In this document: in pieces, positions 1 through 8,066 of the stretch
How positions within the stretch are numbered: the first letter of the stretch is position 1
Layout of the letters: every line of letters begins with the position of its first letter
Assembly: GCA_044358425.1 (NCBI GenBank)
Contig: CP054849.1
Coordinates: forward strand, 585,281 to 603,950
Source: Marine Group I thaumarchaeote
GTDB taxonomy: Archaea; Thermoproteota; Nitrososphaeria; Nitrososphaerales; Nitrosopumilaceae
Direction: 5' to 3'
DNA: 18,670 bases
Made by a program: the position numbers and the translations under genes
The notes under the pieces: model-generated
The model's input: only the letters and a program-made list of their open reading frames with translations
The model's database searches: none
What the model was told of the DNA's origin: nothing

Positions 1-420
1 CATTCTGTGAATAAGACCTGGGAACTGTTCAGGTTCGTACATACTTCTTGGTAAAGTTCTTGCTGCTTGCTCCAAGTTGACTTTGCCACCAAGGTTAATT
101 GAAGATACAATATTTTGAATTGAAACTACGGCGTCTTTTTTGATTTTAATTTTACCTTTTCTTAAAATTTTTACAACATTTGAAACTGCAGTTTCAGCTA
201 ATTCTTGTGATTTTGCACCAGTACATACCATCTTGCCTGAACTAAATAGTAATGTTGCAGTCTTTGGATTCTTTAATCTAAATACTGCTCCTGGAAATTG
301 TTCTGGATGATATTCTACATCTGGGAATTTTTTTGTAATGTCTACTAAATCTAATTTTTGATCAATTGTTGCAGATGCGACAACGTTTACAATTGCAATT
401 ACTGGTTTTGTTTGTGGCAT
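1..420 (-). CDS. tbp: TATA-box binding protein (3' end runs off the window)
   Basis: Manual translation from ATG at 420: MPQTKPVIAIVNVVASATIDQKLDL...EYHPEQFPGAVFRLKNPKTATLLFSSGKMVCTGAKS...IQNIVSSINLG...YEPEQFPGLIHRM. It has two TBP repeats with NVVAS/NIVSS and PEQFPG motifs. Not in the ORF track because it is truncated. GAGGT SD-like motif at 422-426 (minus), 9 nt downstream of the tfb stop. Confidence 0.97.
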   Translation of the reverse strand, partial: MPQTKPVIAIVNVVASATIDQKLDLVDITKKFPDVEYHPEQFPGAVFRLKNPKTATLLFSSGKMVCTGAKSQELAETAVSNVVKILRKGKIKIKKDAVVSIQNIVSSINLGGKVNLEQAARTLPRSMYEPEQFPGLIHRM

Positions 421-429
421 TACCTCATT

Positions 430-1350
430 CTACCTCTCAATACTCTGATCTAATCTCAGTCCTTTGTATCTATTTCTAATTGTTACTTCTGTTACGTTAG
501 CAGCTTCTGCGATGTCTCTTTGAGTTCTATCTTCTCCATTTTTGACACATGACAAATACAATGCTGCTGCTGCAAGTCCCATTGGATCCTTACCTGCAGA
601 TTCTTCATGTTCTTGTGCTTCTCTTAAAACTTTAATTCCGTAACGTTTTGTTTTTTCAGAAATTTGTAATTTACTGGCAATTTTTGCAACACATTGTGTT
701 GGATCAACTACTGGCATTTTTAATTCTAATTCTCTATGTAATAGTCTATAACATCTTGCAATGTCTTTTTTCTTAATGTTTCCTGCATCTGCAACATCTT
801 TTAGAGTTCTTGGAGTTTCTGTATCTCTACATGCTGCATACAATGCTGATGCAATTAATGCAGAAATGGAACGTCCTTTAACTAATCCTTTTTCTAAAGC
901 TTTTCTGTAAATGTAAGCTGCTTTTTCTATAACTGAATCTGAAAGTGAAAGTTTGTCTTTTAATGTGGCAAGCTCACTTAGTGCTTGTCTGAGATTTTTA
1001 TCTGATGATGCATTTACTTTACTTCTACTGTCCCAAGTTCTAAGACGTTCGATAGTACTTTTCATTGATGTTGATAATGGTTTTCCAGATGCATCCTTGT
1101 TTAGTGGATTGATGATTGTTGCAAGTCCTCTGTCGTGCATTGTCAATGATGTTGGTGCACCAGTTCTTGTTGGATCTGCTCCTCCGTCTTTTGAAAATGA
1201 TCTCCATTCAGGTCCTGCGTCTTGTAGGGTTTCAGTAATGACGTACCCACATTTACCACAAAATCTTTCTCCAGTTACAGTATCTGTGGTAATACCGTGT
1301 TTTCCACAACGACCACAAAGTGTATCCATATTCGAAACTTCTTGAACCAA
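430..1350 (-). CDS. tfb: Transcription initiation factor IIB (TFB)
   Basis: N-terminal Zn ribbon (CGRC...CGKCG), B-reader GPEWRSF, two cyclin repeats, C-terminal VTEVTIRNRYK. Start is probably TTG 1350 or ATG 1329 rather than 1368, because a TATA-like element lies at 1380-1386. Probable tfb-tbp operon. Confidence 0.97.
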   Translation of the reverse strand: MVQEVSNMDTLCGRCGKHGITTDTVTGERFCGKCGYVITETLQDAGPEWRSFSKDGGADPTRTGAPTSLTMHDRGLATIINPLNKDASGKPLSTSMKSTIERLRTWDSRSKVNASSDKNLRQALSELATLKDKLSLSDSVIEKAAYIYRKALEKGLVKGRSISALIASALYAACRDTETPRTLKDVADAGNIKKKDIARCYRLLHRELELKMPVVDPTQCVAKIASKLQISEKTKRYGIKVLREAQEHEESAGKDPMGLAAAALYLSCVKNGEDRTQRDIAEAANVTEVTIRNRYKGLRLDQSIER

Positions 1351-1379
1351 AATAATACAGTATTTCACAACGCTATTAG

Positions 1380-1386
1380 TATATAA
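1380..1386 (-). promoter_or_regulatory. Putative TATA box (TTATATA) of the tfb-tbp operon
   Basis: Minus strand reads GAAATAGC-TTATATA: a purine-rich BRE-like element followed by TATA, about 30 nt upstream of TTG 1350. Confidence 0.55.
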
Positions 1387-1531
1387 GCTATTTCAAATTT
1401 ATTCAAAAAAAAACGCCTTTTTAGGACAAATTATCACATTTTTGTGCCATTTACTAAACACCACTCAATGAATTTGGCCTTTTTAACCTCCATTTCAAAC
1501 TCTTATTAAAAAAGTAATTTCATCGAATTCT

Positions 1532-2587
1532 GTGTCTATATCCCAATTTTCTGAAATTGACCCTTCTGAGTGGTTGTCCATTAATCAATTTGTATTTGAA
1601 TTAAAGGAAGTAAAAGGCCCATGTGTTTCTGTTTACTACCCTTATGGTAAAGGAGAAAACACAATTCAATTATTACAAGAAACCAAAAGATCGGATTCTG
1701 TTGAAAAAATTAAAAAGAAAATTGAAAATAGGATTTTAGAATTAAAAAAAAATCCTGTCTCTGTTGGTAAATTTACTAAAACATTATGTCTTTTTGGTTG
1801 GATTGTTAATGGCAAAATTCATCTTAAAGTAATTGGCACTTCAAAAAAATTACCTTATCTTTACATTGTAAACAAAAAACCATATGTCAAACCCTTTTCT
1901 GATATTCTTAAAACCAATTACACTATTTTGATAGTAACAATTGATCAAAAAACTGCCAGAATACAAAAATTCATTGGCAGTCAAATTATTCAAGAATCTA
2001 AATTAAAAATTGATTTACAAGGAAGGCATAAAAAAGGTGGACAAAGTCAAGGAAGATTTTTGAGAGCAAGACAAACAAAAATTCATGTCTTTTTCAAAAA
2101 AGTTGCAAATAAAGTTAGACTAATGTCTGATAATTCTGAGTTAATTCTTTTGGGAGGTAGTGGTAATGGCAAAACAGAATTCTATGATGAATTGAACTCT
2201 GAATTAACTTCTAAATGCAGATTTGTTGAAGGCTTATCTTTCACAACTCCTATCAAAGACATTCATAAGATAATCATCCATCATCTTTATGAGTATAGAA
2301 AAAAACACATGGAAGAATTGATGCAAAAATATGAGAAATTAGTTAAGGAAGGACTTACTGCTAAAAGAAATAATGTGATTAATCGTGCGCTAAAAATGGG
2401 AAGTGTGGAAACCCTAATTGTTTCTACTTTGTTTCATACTAAACCCCAGTTCAAAAATATCCTTAAAATGTTAGAAGAGGCAAAAAATACTTCATGTAGA
2501 ATTGAGTTTGCCATGTCTCCCAAGATTATTCAAAAACTTGAGATTGATGACTCTGTTTTAGCAATTTTAAGATATAAAATTAAATAA
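1532..2587 (+). CDS. aRF1/eRF1-family release factor paralog (GGQ-containing, baeRF-like)
   Basis: GRHKKGGQSQGRFLRAR catalytic loop, ILLGGSG..KTEF M-domain motif and C-domain-like RALKMGSVETLIV. No NIKS or YxCxxxF. TTATTAAA at 1503-1510 lies 21 nt before the GTG start. Confidence 0.85.
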   Translation: MSISQFSEIDPSEWLSINQFVFELKEVKGPCVSVYYPYGKGENTIQLLQETKRSDSVEKIKKKIENRILELKKNPVSVGKFTKTLCLFGWIVNGKIHLKVIGTSKKLPYLYIVNKKPYVKPFSDILKTNYTILIVTIDQKTARIQKFIGSQIIQESKLKIDLQGRHKKGGQSQGRFLRARQTKIHVFFKKVANKVRLMSDNSELILLGGSGNGKTEFYDELNSELTSKCRFVEGLSFTTPIKDIHKIIIHHLYEYRKKHMEELMQKYEKLVKEGLTAKRNNVINRALKMGSVETLIVSTLFHTKPQFKNILKMLEEAKNTSCRIEFAMSPKIIQKLEIDDSVLAILRYKIK

Positions 2588-2592
2588 TTTTT

Positions 2593-2991
2593 TTAATTCA
2601 ATCCCCAACTTGTATGATTTTTTGGAATAATTTGTAAAAATGGGGCTTCATTTTCTTTCCATGGGTCGTTTTTTACCCATTGAAATTTTTCATAAAACAT
2701 TTCATAATATTCTGCAAACTCTTTTCCTGATTCAATAATTTTTACTTGTCCTTGAATACACACCGCTTTGTGATTTCCTGGAACATATTTGTCAATTACA
2801 ATGCTTGCATGAGGATTGATTTTGATGCTTTGAAATGATTTTGTTTGATAATCTGTGGCAATAATTATTGTATTTTTATAAAAAATGAAAGAAACTGGTT
2901 TGACATGTGGTATGTTATTATCGGATGTTGCAATTCTTGCTGCCTCTGTTGATTTTAGAAAACTAATTTCTGATTCCTTGAATTTTGTCAA
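2593..2991 (-). CDS. Pyridoxamine 5'-phosphate oxidase-like (FMN/F420-binding split-barrel) protein
   Basis: ARIATSDNNIPHVKPVSF, K...I..NPHASIVID and AVCIQG match the PNPOx-like split-barrel pattern. The TTG start overlaps the upstream TGA stop (TTGA, 2988-2991). Confidence 0.85.
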   Translation of the reverse strand: MTKFKESEISFLKSTEAARIATSDNNIPHVKPVSFIFYKNTIIIATDYQTKSFQSIKINPHASIVIDKYVPGNHKAVCIQGQVKIIESGKEFAEYYEMFYEKFQWVKNDPWKENEAPFLQIIPKNHTSWGLN

Positions 2992-3266
2992 TTGAAAATT
3001 CTTTCACGGATTTCTGGAATGTGTTTGTATATTATGTCTCTGACTCTCATTTGATCTTCTGGAGTTGGTGGTTTTTCTTGTGCACTCAATATTGCTCCAC
3101 TCATTCCTAATGCCATGCCCATAACGATTCCATAAACAAATTCTTCGGGATTTTTTACTTTTAGGGTGTCATTACTTGCCTTAATTTCTTCAAGATAGCC
3201 TGGAATTGTAGCTATTGCACCATTAATTGTTTGTAAAATTATTGCTTCTAGTGGATCTTCACTCAT
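2988..3266 (-). CDS. Hypothetical protein (92 aa)
   Basis: Clean ATG ORF with normal composition, translationally coupled to the downstream PNPOx-like gene. Confidence 0.8.
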   Translation of the reverse strand: MSEDPLEAIILQTINGAIATIPGYLEEIKASNDTLKVKNPEEFVYGIVMGMALGMSGAILSAQEKPPTPEDQMRVRDIIYKHIPEIRERIFN

Positions 3267-3337
3267 ACTATGAAATAAAATATATGATTAATAAATTTGC
3301 ACCTAAGATTTTTAATTAAGGGTTTTTGAAAAGACAT

Positions 3338-3739
3338 ATGTTTTCCTTTTTCACTGCAAAAGAAGCTAATGATGCATTACCTGATGTGATTAAAAAATTT
3401 GAATATTCATTGGCTAAAAAAAATGATATAACAAAAATTGAAAAAGAACTCCAACTAACTGTATCTACTACAAATTCTTTTGAAAAATACATGGAATTAA
3501 AACAAAAACTCAATACTGCAATTACTAAATTTTATCAATCAATTGAAATTTTAGAGAGTACTGGAGTCATGATAAAAAGTATAGACCAGGGATTACTTGA
3601 TTTTCCTTCAAAAAGATTTGATGAAGAAGTTTGCTTATGTTGGAAACATGGTGAAACTGAAATTAAATTTTGGCATGATAGAGAATCAGGATTTATGGGT
3701 AGGAAACCTATTGAAGTCAATGATGATTCTTTAGTTTAA
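3338..3739 (+). CDS. DUF2203 family protein
   Basis: FTAKEANDALP N-terminus, coiled coil, then GLLDFPS...EVCLCWKHGE..I.FWH....GFMGRKPI. ATG 3338 preferred over TTG 3326. Confidence 0.88.
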   Translation: MFSFFTAKEANDALPDVIKKFEYSLAKKNDITKIEKELQLTVSTTNSFEKYMELKQKLNTAITKFYQSIEILESTGVMIKSIDQGLLDFPSKRFDEEVCLCWKHGETEIKFWHDRESGFMGRKPIEVNDDSLV

Positions 3740-3745
3740 AAAAAT

Positions 3746-3952
3746 CTAACTATCTATTCTTTTTTTATCTCTACAAACTCCACAAAGGTATGTTTTTTTG
3801 AATTCCTTTAATTCTGCAAAATATTCCTCTGTCTCAAAATATTTTTCACCTGTTTTCATTCCTCCTGGAACTTTTTTTTCACAATTATTACATTTTAATT
3901 CTAAATTAAATTTGATAATTTTCTCATTTTCTTCAATTTTTCCAAACCTCAT
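3746..3952 (-). CDS. Small CxxC...CxxC zinc-binding protein (68 aa)
   Basis: CNNC and CGVC pairs. ATG 3952 lies 23 nt from TTATATA (3976-3982, minus). Confidence 0.75.
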   Translation of the reverse strand: MRFGKIEENEKIIKFNLELKCNNCEKKVPGGMKTGEKYFETEEYFAELKEFKKTYLCGVCRDKKRIDS

Positions 3953-4036
3953 GACTACTATTTGAAAAATTTTCGTATATAATTTGCTTAAAATAGAAAC
4001 TAACAAATTTTATACTAAAAAATGGCATAATCACTT

Positions 4037-4921
4037 ATGATTTCAGTTTGGTTACGTGTAATTCGAGTTCGTTTTCTTTTAGCTTCTGTAATTGCAGTGA
4101 TGACGGGATTGGCATTAAATTGGTCCCAAAGTGGTTCTATAGAATATTTTGATGCTCTTTTGACATTTGCAGGTGTGATGGCATTACATGCAAGCGTTGA
4201 TTTGCTTAATGATTACTGGGATTTCAAACGAGGAATTGATACTAAGACCACTAGAACTAAAATGAGTGGTGGAACAGGTGTATTACCTGAAGGATTACTC
4301 AAACCTTCTTCTGTTTACCGTGCTGGTGTATTTTTCTTATTACTTGGTGCATTGATTGGAAGTTATTTTGTTATTACGTATGGCCTTTTAATTGCAATAA
4401 TTTTGGGGTTTGCAATTCTTTCAATCTATTTTTACTCTACTAAGATTGTTGATTCTGGTTTAGGTGAATTTTTTGTTGCTGTAAAGGGATCCATGATTGT
4501 CATTGGAACTTTCTACATTCAATCTGGTGAAGTCAATATTGAATCTATTCTAGCTGGAATTGTCATTGGAACTTTATCATCTTTAGTATTGTTTATTGCA
4601 TCATTTCCTGATCATGATGCCGATAAATCAAAAGGTAGAAAAACATTAGTGATTGCAGTTGGAAAAGCCAAAGCACGAAAATTATTTTGGATTTTCCCAT
4701 TATTTGCTTATACTGTTATTGTAATTGGGGTTTTGTTGAATTATTTGCCTATTTTGACTTTGATTAGTTTGATGAGTTTTCCATTGATAATCAAATCTGG
4801 AATTGGCTTGCAAAAAAATTATGATTCTGTTAATGAACTAGTTCCTTACATGAGTTCAACTTTAAAATTTAGTCGTTTTACTGGAATTTTATTTGTCATT
4901 GGTTTCTTAATTCCTCTTTAA
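4037..4921 (+). CDS. menA: UbiA/MenA-family prenyltransferase (DHNA polyprenyltransferase-like)
   Basis: Multi-TM protein with NDYWDFKRGID, GLGE and DHDADKSKGRKTL aspartate-rich motifs. Confidence 0.88.
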   Translation: MISVWLRVIRVRFLLASVIAVMTGLALNWSQSGSIEYFDALLTFAGVMALHASVDLLNDYWDFKRGIDTKTTRTKMSGGTGVLPEGLLKPSSVYRAGVFFLLLGALIGSYFVITYGLLIAIILGFAILSIYFYSTKIVDSGLGEFFVAVKGSMIVIGTFYIQSGEVNIESILAGIVIGTLSSLVLFIASFPDHDADKSKGRKTLVIAVGKAKARKLFWIFPLFAYTVIVIGVLLNYLPILTLISLMSFPLIIKSGIGLQKNYDSVNELVPYMSSTLKFSRFTGILFVIGFLIPL

Positions 4922-5014
4922 TCTACTGTGATTATCCTCCAACAATTCTGTTCCTAAATTATTCGATATTTTGCCTTGAAATTCTTTGGTTATGTGATTA
5001 GAGTAGATATTTGA

Positions 5015-5278
5015 TTAAGAAATTGGCTGCAAACATATTGGCATTTCATATTCTGAACAAGCCATTTTTGTACATACAAAATCCTCTGTGCCTTCCGGAT
5101 TTGTTATAATCGTACATGTATTACATCCGTCATACCACACCGAGCAGTTATTAGGTTCAATTACAGGTAAAGCAGATTTTGGATTATCTATTTCTATTAT
5201 AGTACTTAGTAACATCCCAACAGTGAAGAGAATTAAAAATATGATTACTGGAAATATGATTATTTTTTTTGGATTCAT
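5015..5278 (-). CDS. Small membrane-anchored/secreted 6-Cys protein, pacifastin-like
   Basis: MNPKK plus a hydrophobic segment, followed by CSVWYDGCNTC-x13-CTKMAC-x7-C. Confidence 0.75.
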   Translation of the reverse strand: MNPKKIIIFPVIIFLILFTVGMLLSTIIEIDNPKSALPVIEPNNCSVWYDGCNTCTIITNPEGTEDFVCTKMACSEYEMPICLQPIS

Positions 5279-5349
5279 GATTTATCAAGTACATTGTTCT
5301 TGATATGATTTTCTCATTATTTTTTCTAGATTGTTTGTTATTTACAATA

Positions 5350-5562
5350 TTATTTTTCAACAAGTAAAGTAACAACAATCTCAGTTTGATCATTTTCAAG
5401 ATCATCATCTAGTGTGATTTTTTTATCCACAAGTTTGTATTCTTCAATCAAAGAACCATATTCATTAAATCTTCTAACTAGTTTGCTTTTTGGAAGAACA
5501 ACTACGTCCCCTGCATTATGATATGTTTCTACTGATTCATTATTTTTTATTATAATTTTCAT
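5350..5562 (-). CDS. Hypothetical protein (70 aa)
   Basis: ATG ORF with globular beta-rich composition and no recognised motif. Co-oriented with the Cys-rich gene. Confidence 0.65.
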   Translation of the reverse strand: MKIIIKNNESVETYHNAGDVVVLPKSKLVRRFNEYGSLIEEYKLVDKKITLDDDLENDQTEIVVTLLVEK

Positions 5563-5661
5563 ACTTTTCACTGTAACTTACTCTAGATATTGATTTCTCA
5601 TGGTTGTTTAGTCGGTGTATTTCTACTACAAACATAAATTTAGTTAATTTCTAATTAATTC

Positions 5662-6762
5662 ATGATTTCTGGATATGCTACATCAGAGGGAACAAAGAGC
5701 TTTTCAAAAAATTCTCAAGTCAATCTAGATAATTTTAAAATTTTTGAGAACTTACATCTATCAAATGTGGGAATTGGAACCTATTTGGGAAATCCTGATA
5801 GTCAAACTGATGAATTGGTAAAAAATGCAGTAAAACAGACTGTTTTATCAGGTGTAAATGTTATTGATACTGCAATTAATTATCGTGCACAAAAAGCAGA
5901 ACGCTCTGTTGGTAAGGCAATATCTGAACTAATTCAAGAAGAAAAAATCACTCGAAATCAAGTTTTTGTAAGTAGTAAAAATGGATATGTGACAAATGAT
6001 GCAGACATTCAAGAAGATTTTATGCAGTATGTAATGCGTGAACTCGGAAAACCTGGCATTGTAAAAGAGGGTGACATAACTTCTGGTTATCACTGTATGA
6101 CTACTGCATACTTGTCTGATCAATTAGATAGAAGCTTGAAAAATTTAGATCTCGAATGTATTGATTTAATGTATTTGCATAATGGTATCGAGGGACAAAT
6201 AAAAGATATTTCTAAAGATGAATTTTTGGAAAAATTAAAATCTGTTTTTGAATTATATGAGCAAAAACGTGATGAAGGAAAAATCAAATTTTATGGAATG
6301 GCTACGTGGGAGTGCTTTAGAGTTCAAGATAATGATCCCCAACATCTTTCTTTAGAAGATATTGTACAAATGGCCAAAAAAATCGGTGGTGATAATCATG
6401 GATTCAAATTTATCCAATTACCTTACAACATGAATTATGATCAAGCTCTTTTAGGAAAAAATCAAATAATTGGAAATAAACCTGTCTCGATTTTGGAGTC
6501 TGCAGTAACTCTTGGAATTGGAGTTTTTACAAGTGTTCCATTTATGCAAGGTCGATTATTATCTCCTGGCGTAATGCCTGAGTTTAGTGATTTGAAATCA
6601 TCACTTCGTGCCTTACAATTTATTCGGTCATCTCCTGGGGTATTGGCTCCACTAGTTGGTCAAAAATCTGCAGAACATGTTTCAGAAAATTTAGAAATAA
6701 TGAAAATTCCTCCTTTGTCCAATGAAGATTTTGTAGCGTTGGTCAAAAAATTAACTTCTTGA
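5662..6762 (+). CDS. Aldo/keto reductase
   Basis: GIGTY, IDTAINY, VSSK and LDLECIDLMYLHN supply the D-Y-K-H catalytic tetrad. IQLPYN and LVGQKSAEHVSENL also match. Confidence 0.93.
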   Translation: MISGYATSEGTKSFSKNSQVNLDNFKIFENLHLSNVGIGTYLGNPDSQTDELVKNAVKQTVLSGVNVIDTAINYRAQKAERSVGKAISELIQEEKITRNQVFVSSKNGYVTNDADIQEDFMQYVMRELGKPGIVKEGDITSGYHCMTTAYLSDQLDRSLKNLDLECIDLMYLHNGIEGQIKDISKDEFLEKLKSVFELYEQKRDEGKIKFYGMATWECFRVQDNDPQHLSLEDIVQMAKKIGGDNHGFKFIQLPYNMNYDQALLGKNQIIGNKPVSILESAVTLGIGVFTSVPFMQGRLLSPGVMPEFSDLKSSLRALQFIRSSPGVLAPLVGQKSAEHVSENLEIMKIPPLSNEDFVALVKKLTS

Positions 6763-6845
6763 CAGTCCTCATTGCTATATTTTTCTTAAATCTATTTTAT
6801 CTATGAATTCATAATTGAAATATTGTTGATTTGTATTACTGAATC

Positions 6846-6853
6846 TATAAATA
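6846..6853 (+). promoter_or_regulatory. TATA box (TATAAATA) of the YHS gene
   Basis: Consensus TATA 22 nt upstream of GTG 6876, consistent with a leaderless mRNA. Confidence 0.6.
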
Positions 6854-6875
6854 GAAATTAAAAATTAAAAAATTT

Positions 6876-7022
6876 GTGCCAGTTGATCCTGTTTGTGGAA
6901 TTGAATTAGATGAGGATATAGCTTTAATCCATGATCATAATGGCAAAAATTTCTACTTTTGTTGTAATGGATGTAGAAAAATATTCATAAAAAAACCACG
7001 AAAGTACAAAAATAATGTTTAG
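6876..7022 (+). CDS. YHS/TRASH-domain small metal-binding protein (48 aa)
   Basis: Manual translation MPVDPVCGIELDEDIALIHDHNGKNFYFCCNGCRKIFIKKPRKYKNNV. It carries the DPVCG...G..YFC...C...F...P.KY signature. Below the ORF-track size cutoff. Confidence 0.9.
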   Translation: MPVDPVCGIELDEDIALIHDHNGKNFYFCCNGCRKIFIKKPRKYKNNV

Positions 7023-7963
7023 ATTGGAAAAGCCCCGCACATTCTACAGAATTTTGAACTCATAACTTCGTGCTTACAATAAGGACACTGAGTATTTGCT
7101 TTATCATTAACTGGAATACCGTATAATTTTTTATAAATTTCATAATAATACATGGATTCTCTGCTTCTAATCACTACGTTATCTTCTTTTTTCACTGTTA
7201 ATTTTTTCTCAACAAATTTTTCTTCATTAATTATGGATTCAAATAAATTGGTTAATCCTACAGTACCTGCTCCGTCTTGCATAGGTGATTTTTTTCTCCA
7301 TACTATTTGCAGAGGTATGTGTTTTTCAAACGTTTTTCGTAAAATCCATTTGCCATATCTTGTTTCCTTTTCTTGTTTGATTTTCAAATTTGACGGAATT
7401 TCATTTGCAATTTTAATTAATTCTTCAGTAAGAAACGGTGACTCAATTTTTATTCCTAATTCTTCTCCTATTTTCTGGCTTGGGAAATGCATTATTGAAC
7501 ATACTCTTTTTATTTCTGCATCTAATTCATTTTCAGGTTTGTTAACAAGAAAGTTGTATCCTGCAAATAATTCATCAGCTCCATCTCCTGTTATGATTGA
7601 TTTGTAGTCGTTTTCTTTTGCCCATTTTATTGCCAAATACATGACAACATTATTTCTAATTTCAATATCGTTGAAATTTTTTAAAATTTTAATAGTTTTT
7701 TCAACTGCATCAAGAATTTCTGACGTTGTTGCATTGTAAATTGTTAGTGGAATGTTTGTTTCCTTTGAAATTATTTGACAATATGTTAGATCTGTAGAAA
7801 CAAAATCTTTTGAAATAATTGCAATCCCATATGTCTTTCTTTTTTTAATAAAATTTGCCAAAATTGAACTGTCTAAACCTCCTGACAGTGCAATTAATTG
7901 GGATTTTGATGAATCGCAAGATTTTTCTAAAATCTGATATATTTTACTAGAATAATCTTTCAA
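7019..7963 (-). CDS. Asparagine synthase-related protein (synthetase domain only, C-terminal Zn ribbon)
   Basis: LSGGLDSS PP-loop, ITGDGADELFAGY, ESPFL, GKWILRK and WRKKSPMQDG. C-terminal CPYC...CRMC. No N-terminal Cys glutaminase domain. Confidence 0.88.
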   Translation of the reverse strand: MKDYSSKIYQILEKSCDSSKSQLIALSGGLDSSILANFIKKRKTYGIAIISKDFVSTDLTYCQIISKETNIPLTIYNATTSEILDAVEKTIKILKNFNDIEIRNNVVMYLAIKWAKENDYKSIITGDGADELFAGYNFLVNKPENELDAEIKRVCSIMHFPSQKIGEELGIKIESPFLTEELIKIANEIPSNLKIKQEKETRYGKWILRKTFEKHIPLQIVWRKKSPMQDGAGTVGLTNLFESIINEEKFVEKKLTVKKEDNVVIRSRESMYYYEIYKKLYGIPVNDKANTQCPYCKHEVMSSKFCRMCGAFPI

Positions 7964-8066
7964 TAATTTAGATATGATTTGAAATTAAAATAGATATGCC
8001 TAATCCATTCTAAGTTCTTTATTTTTACTGGAAACTTTAAATTCACATCTTCATTGTTGAAAAACA

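Noticed and set aside
953-1345. 130-aa plus-strand ORF
   Set aside because: Antisense shadow of tfb with no motifs.
1369-1531. Possible tRNA or structured ncRNA in the larger intergenic gaps (also 10031-10174, 15369-15471, 16135-16259)
   Set aside because: These gaps are AT-rich, with no cloverleaf, T-loop or convincing GC stem. They are adequately explained as promoter regions.
3316-3720. Minus-strand ORFs 3316-3513 and 3535-3720
   Set aside because: Antisense to the DUF2203 gene.
5088-5408. ORFs 5088-5303 (+) and 5184-5408 (-)
   Set aside because: They overlap better-supported genes and have low-complexity, AT-driven composition.
5929-7607. ORFs 5929-6123 (-) and 7152-7607 (+)
   Set aside because: Antisense shadows of the AKR and asparagine synthase-like genes.
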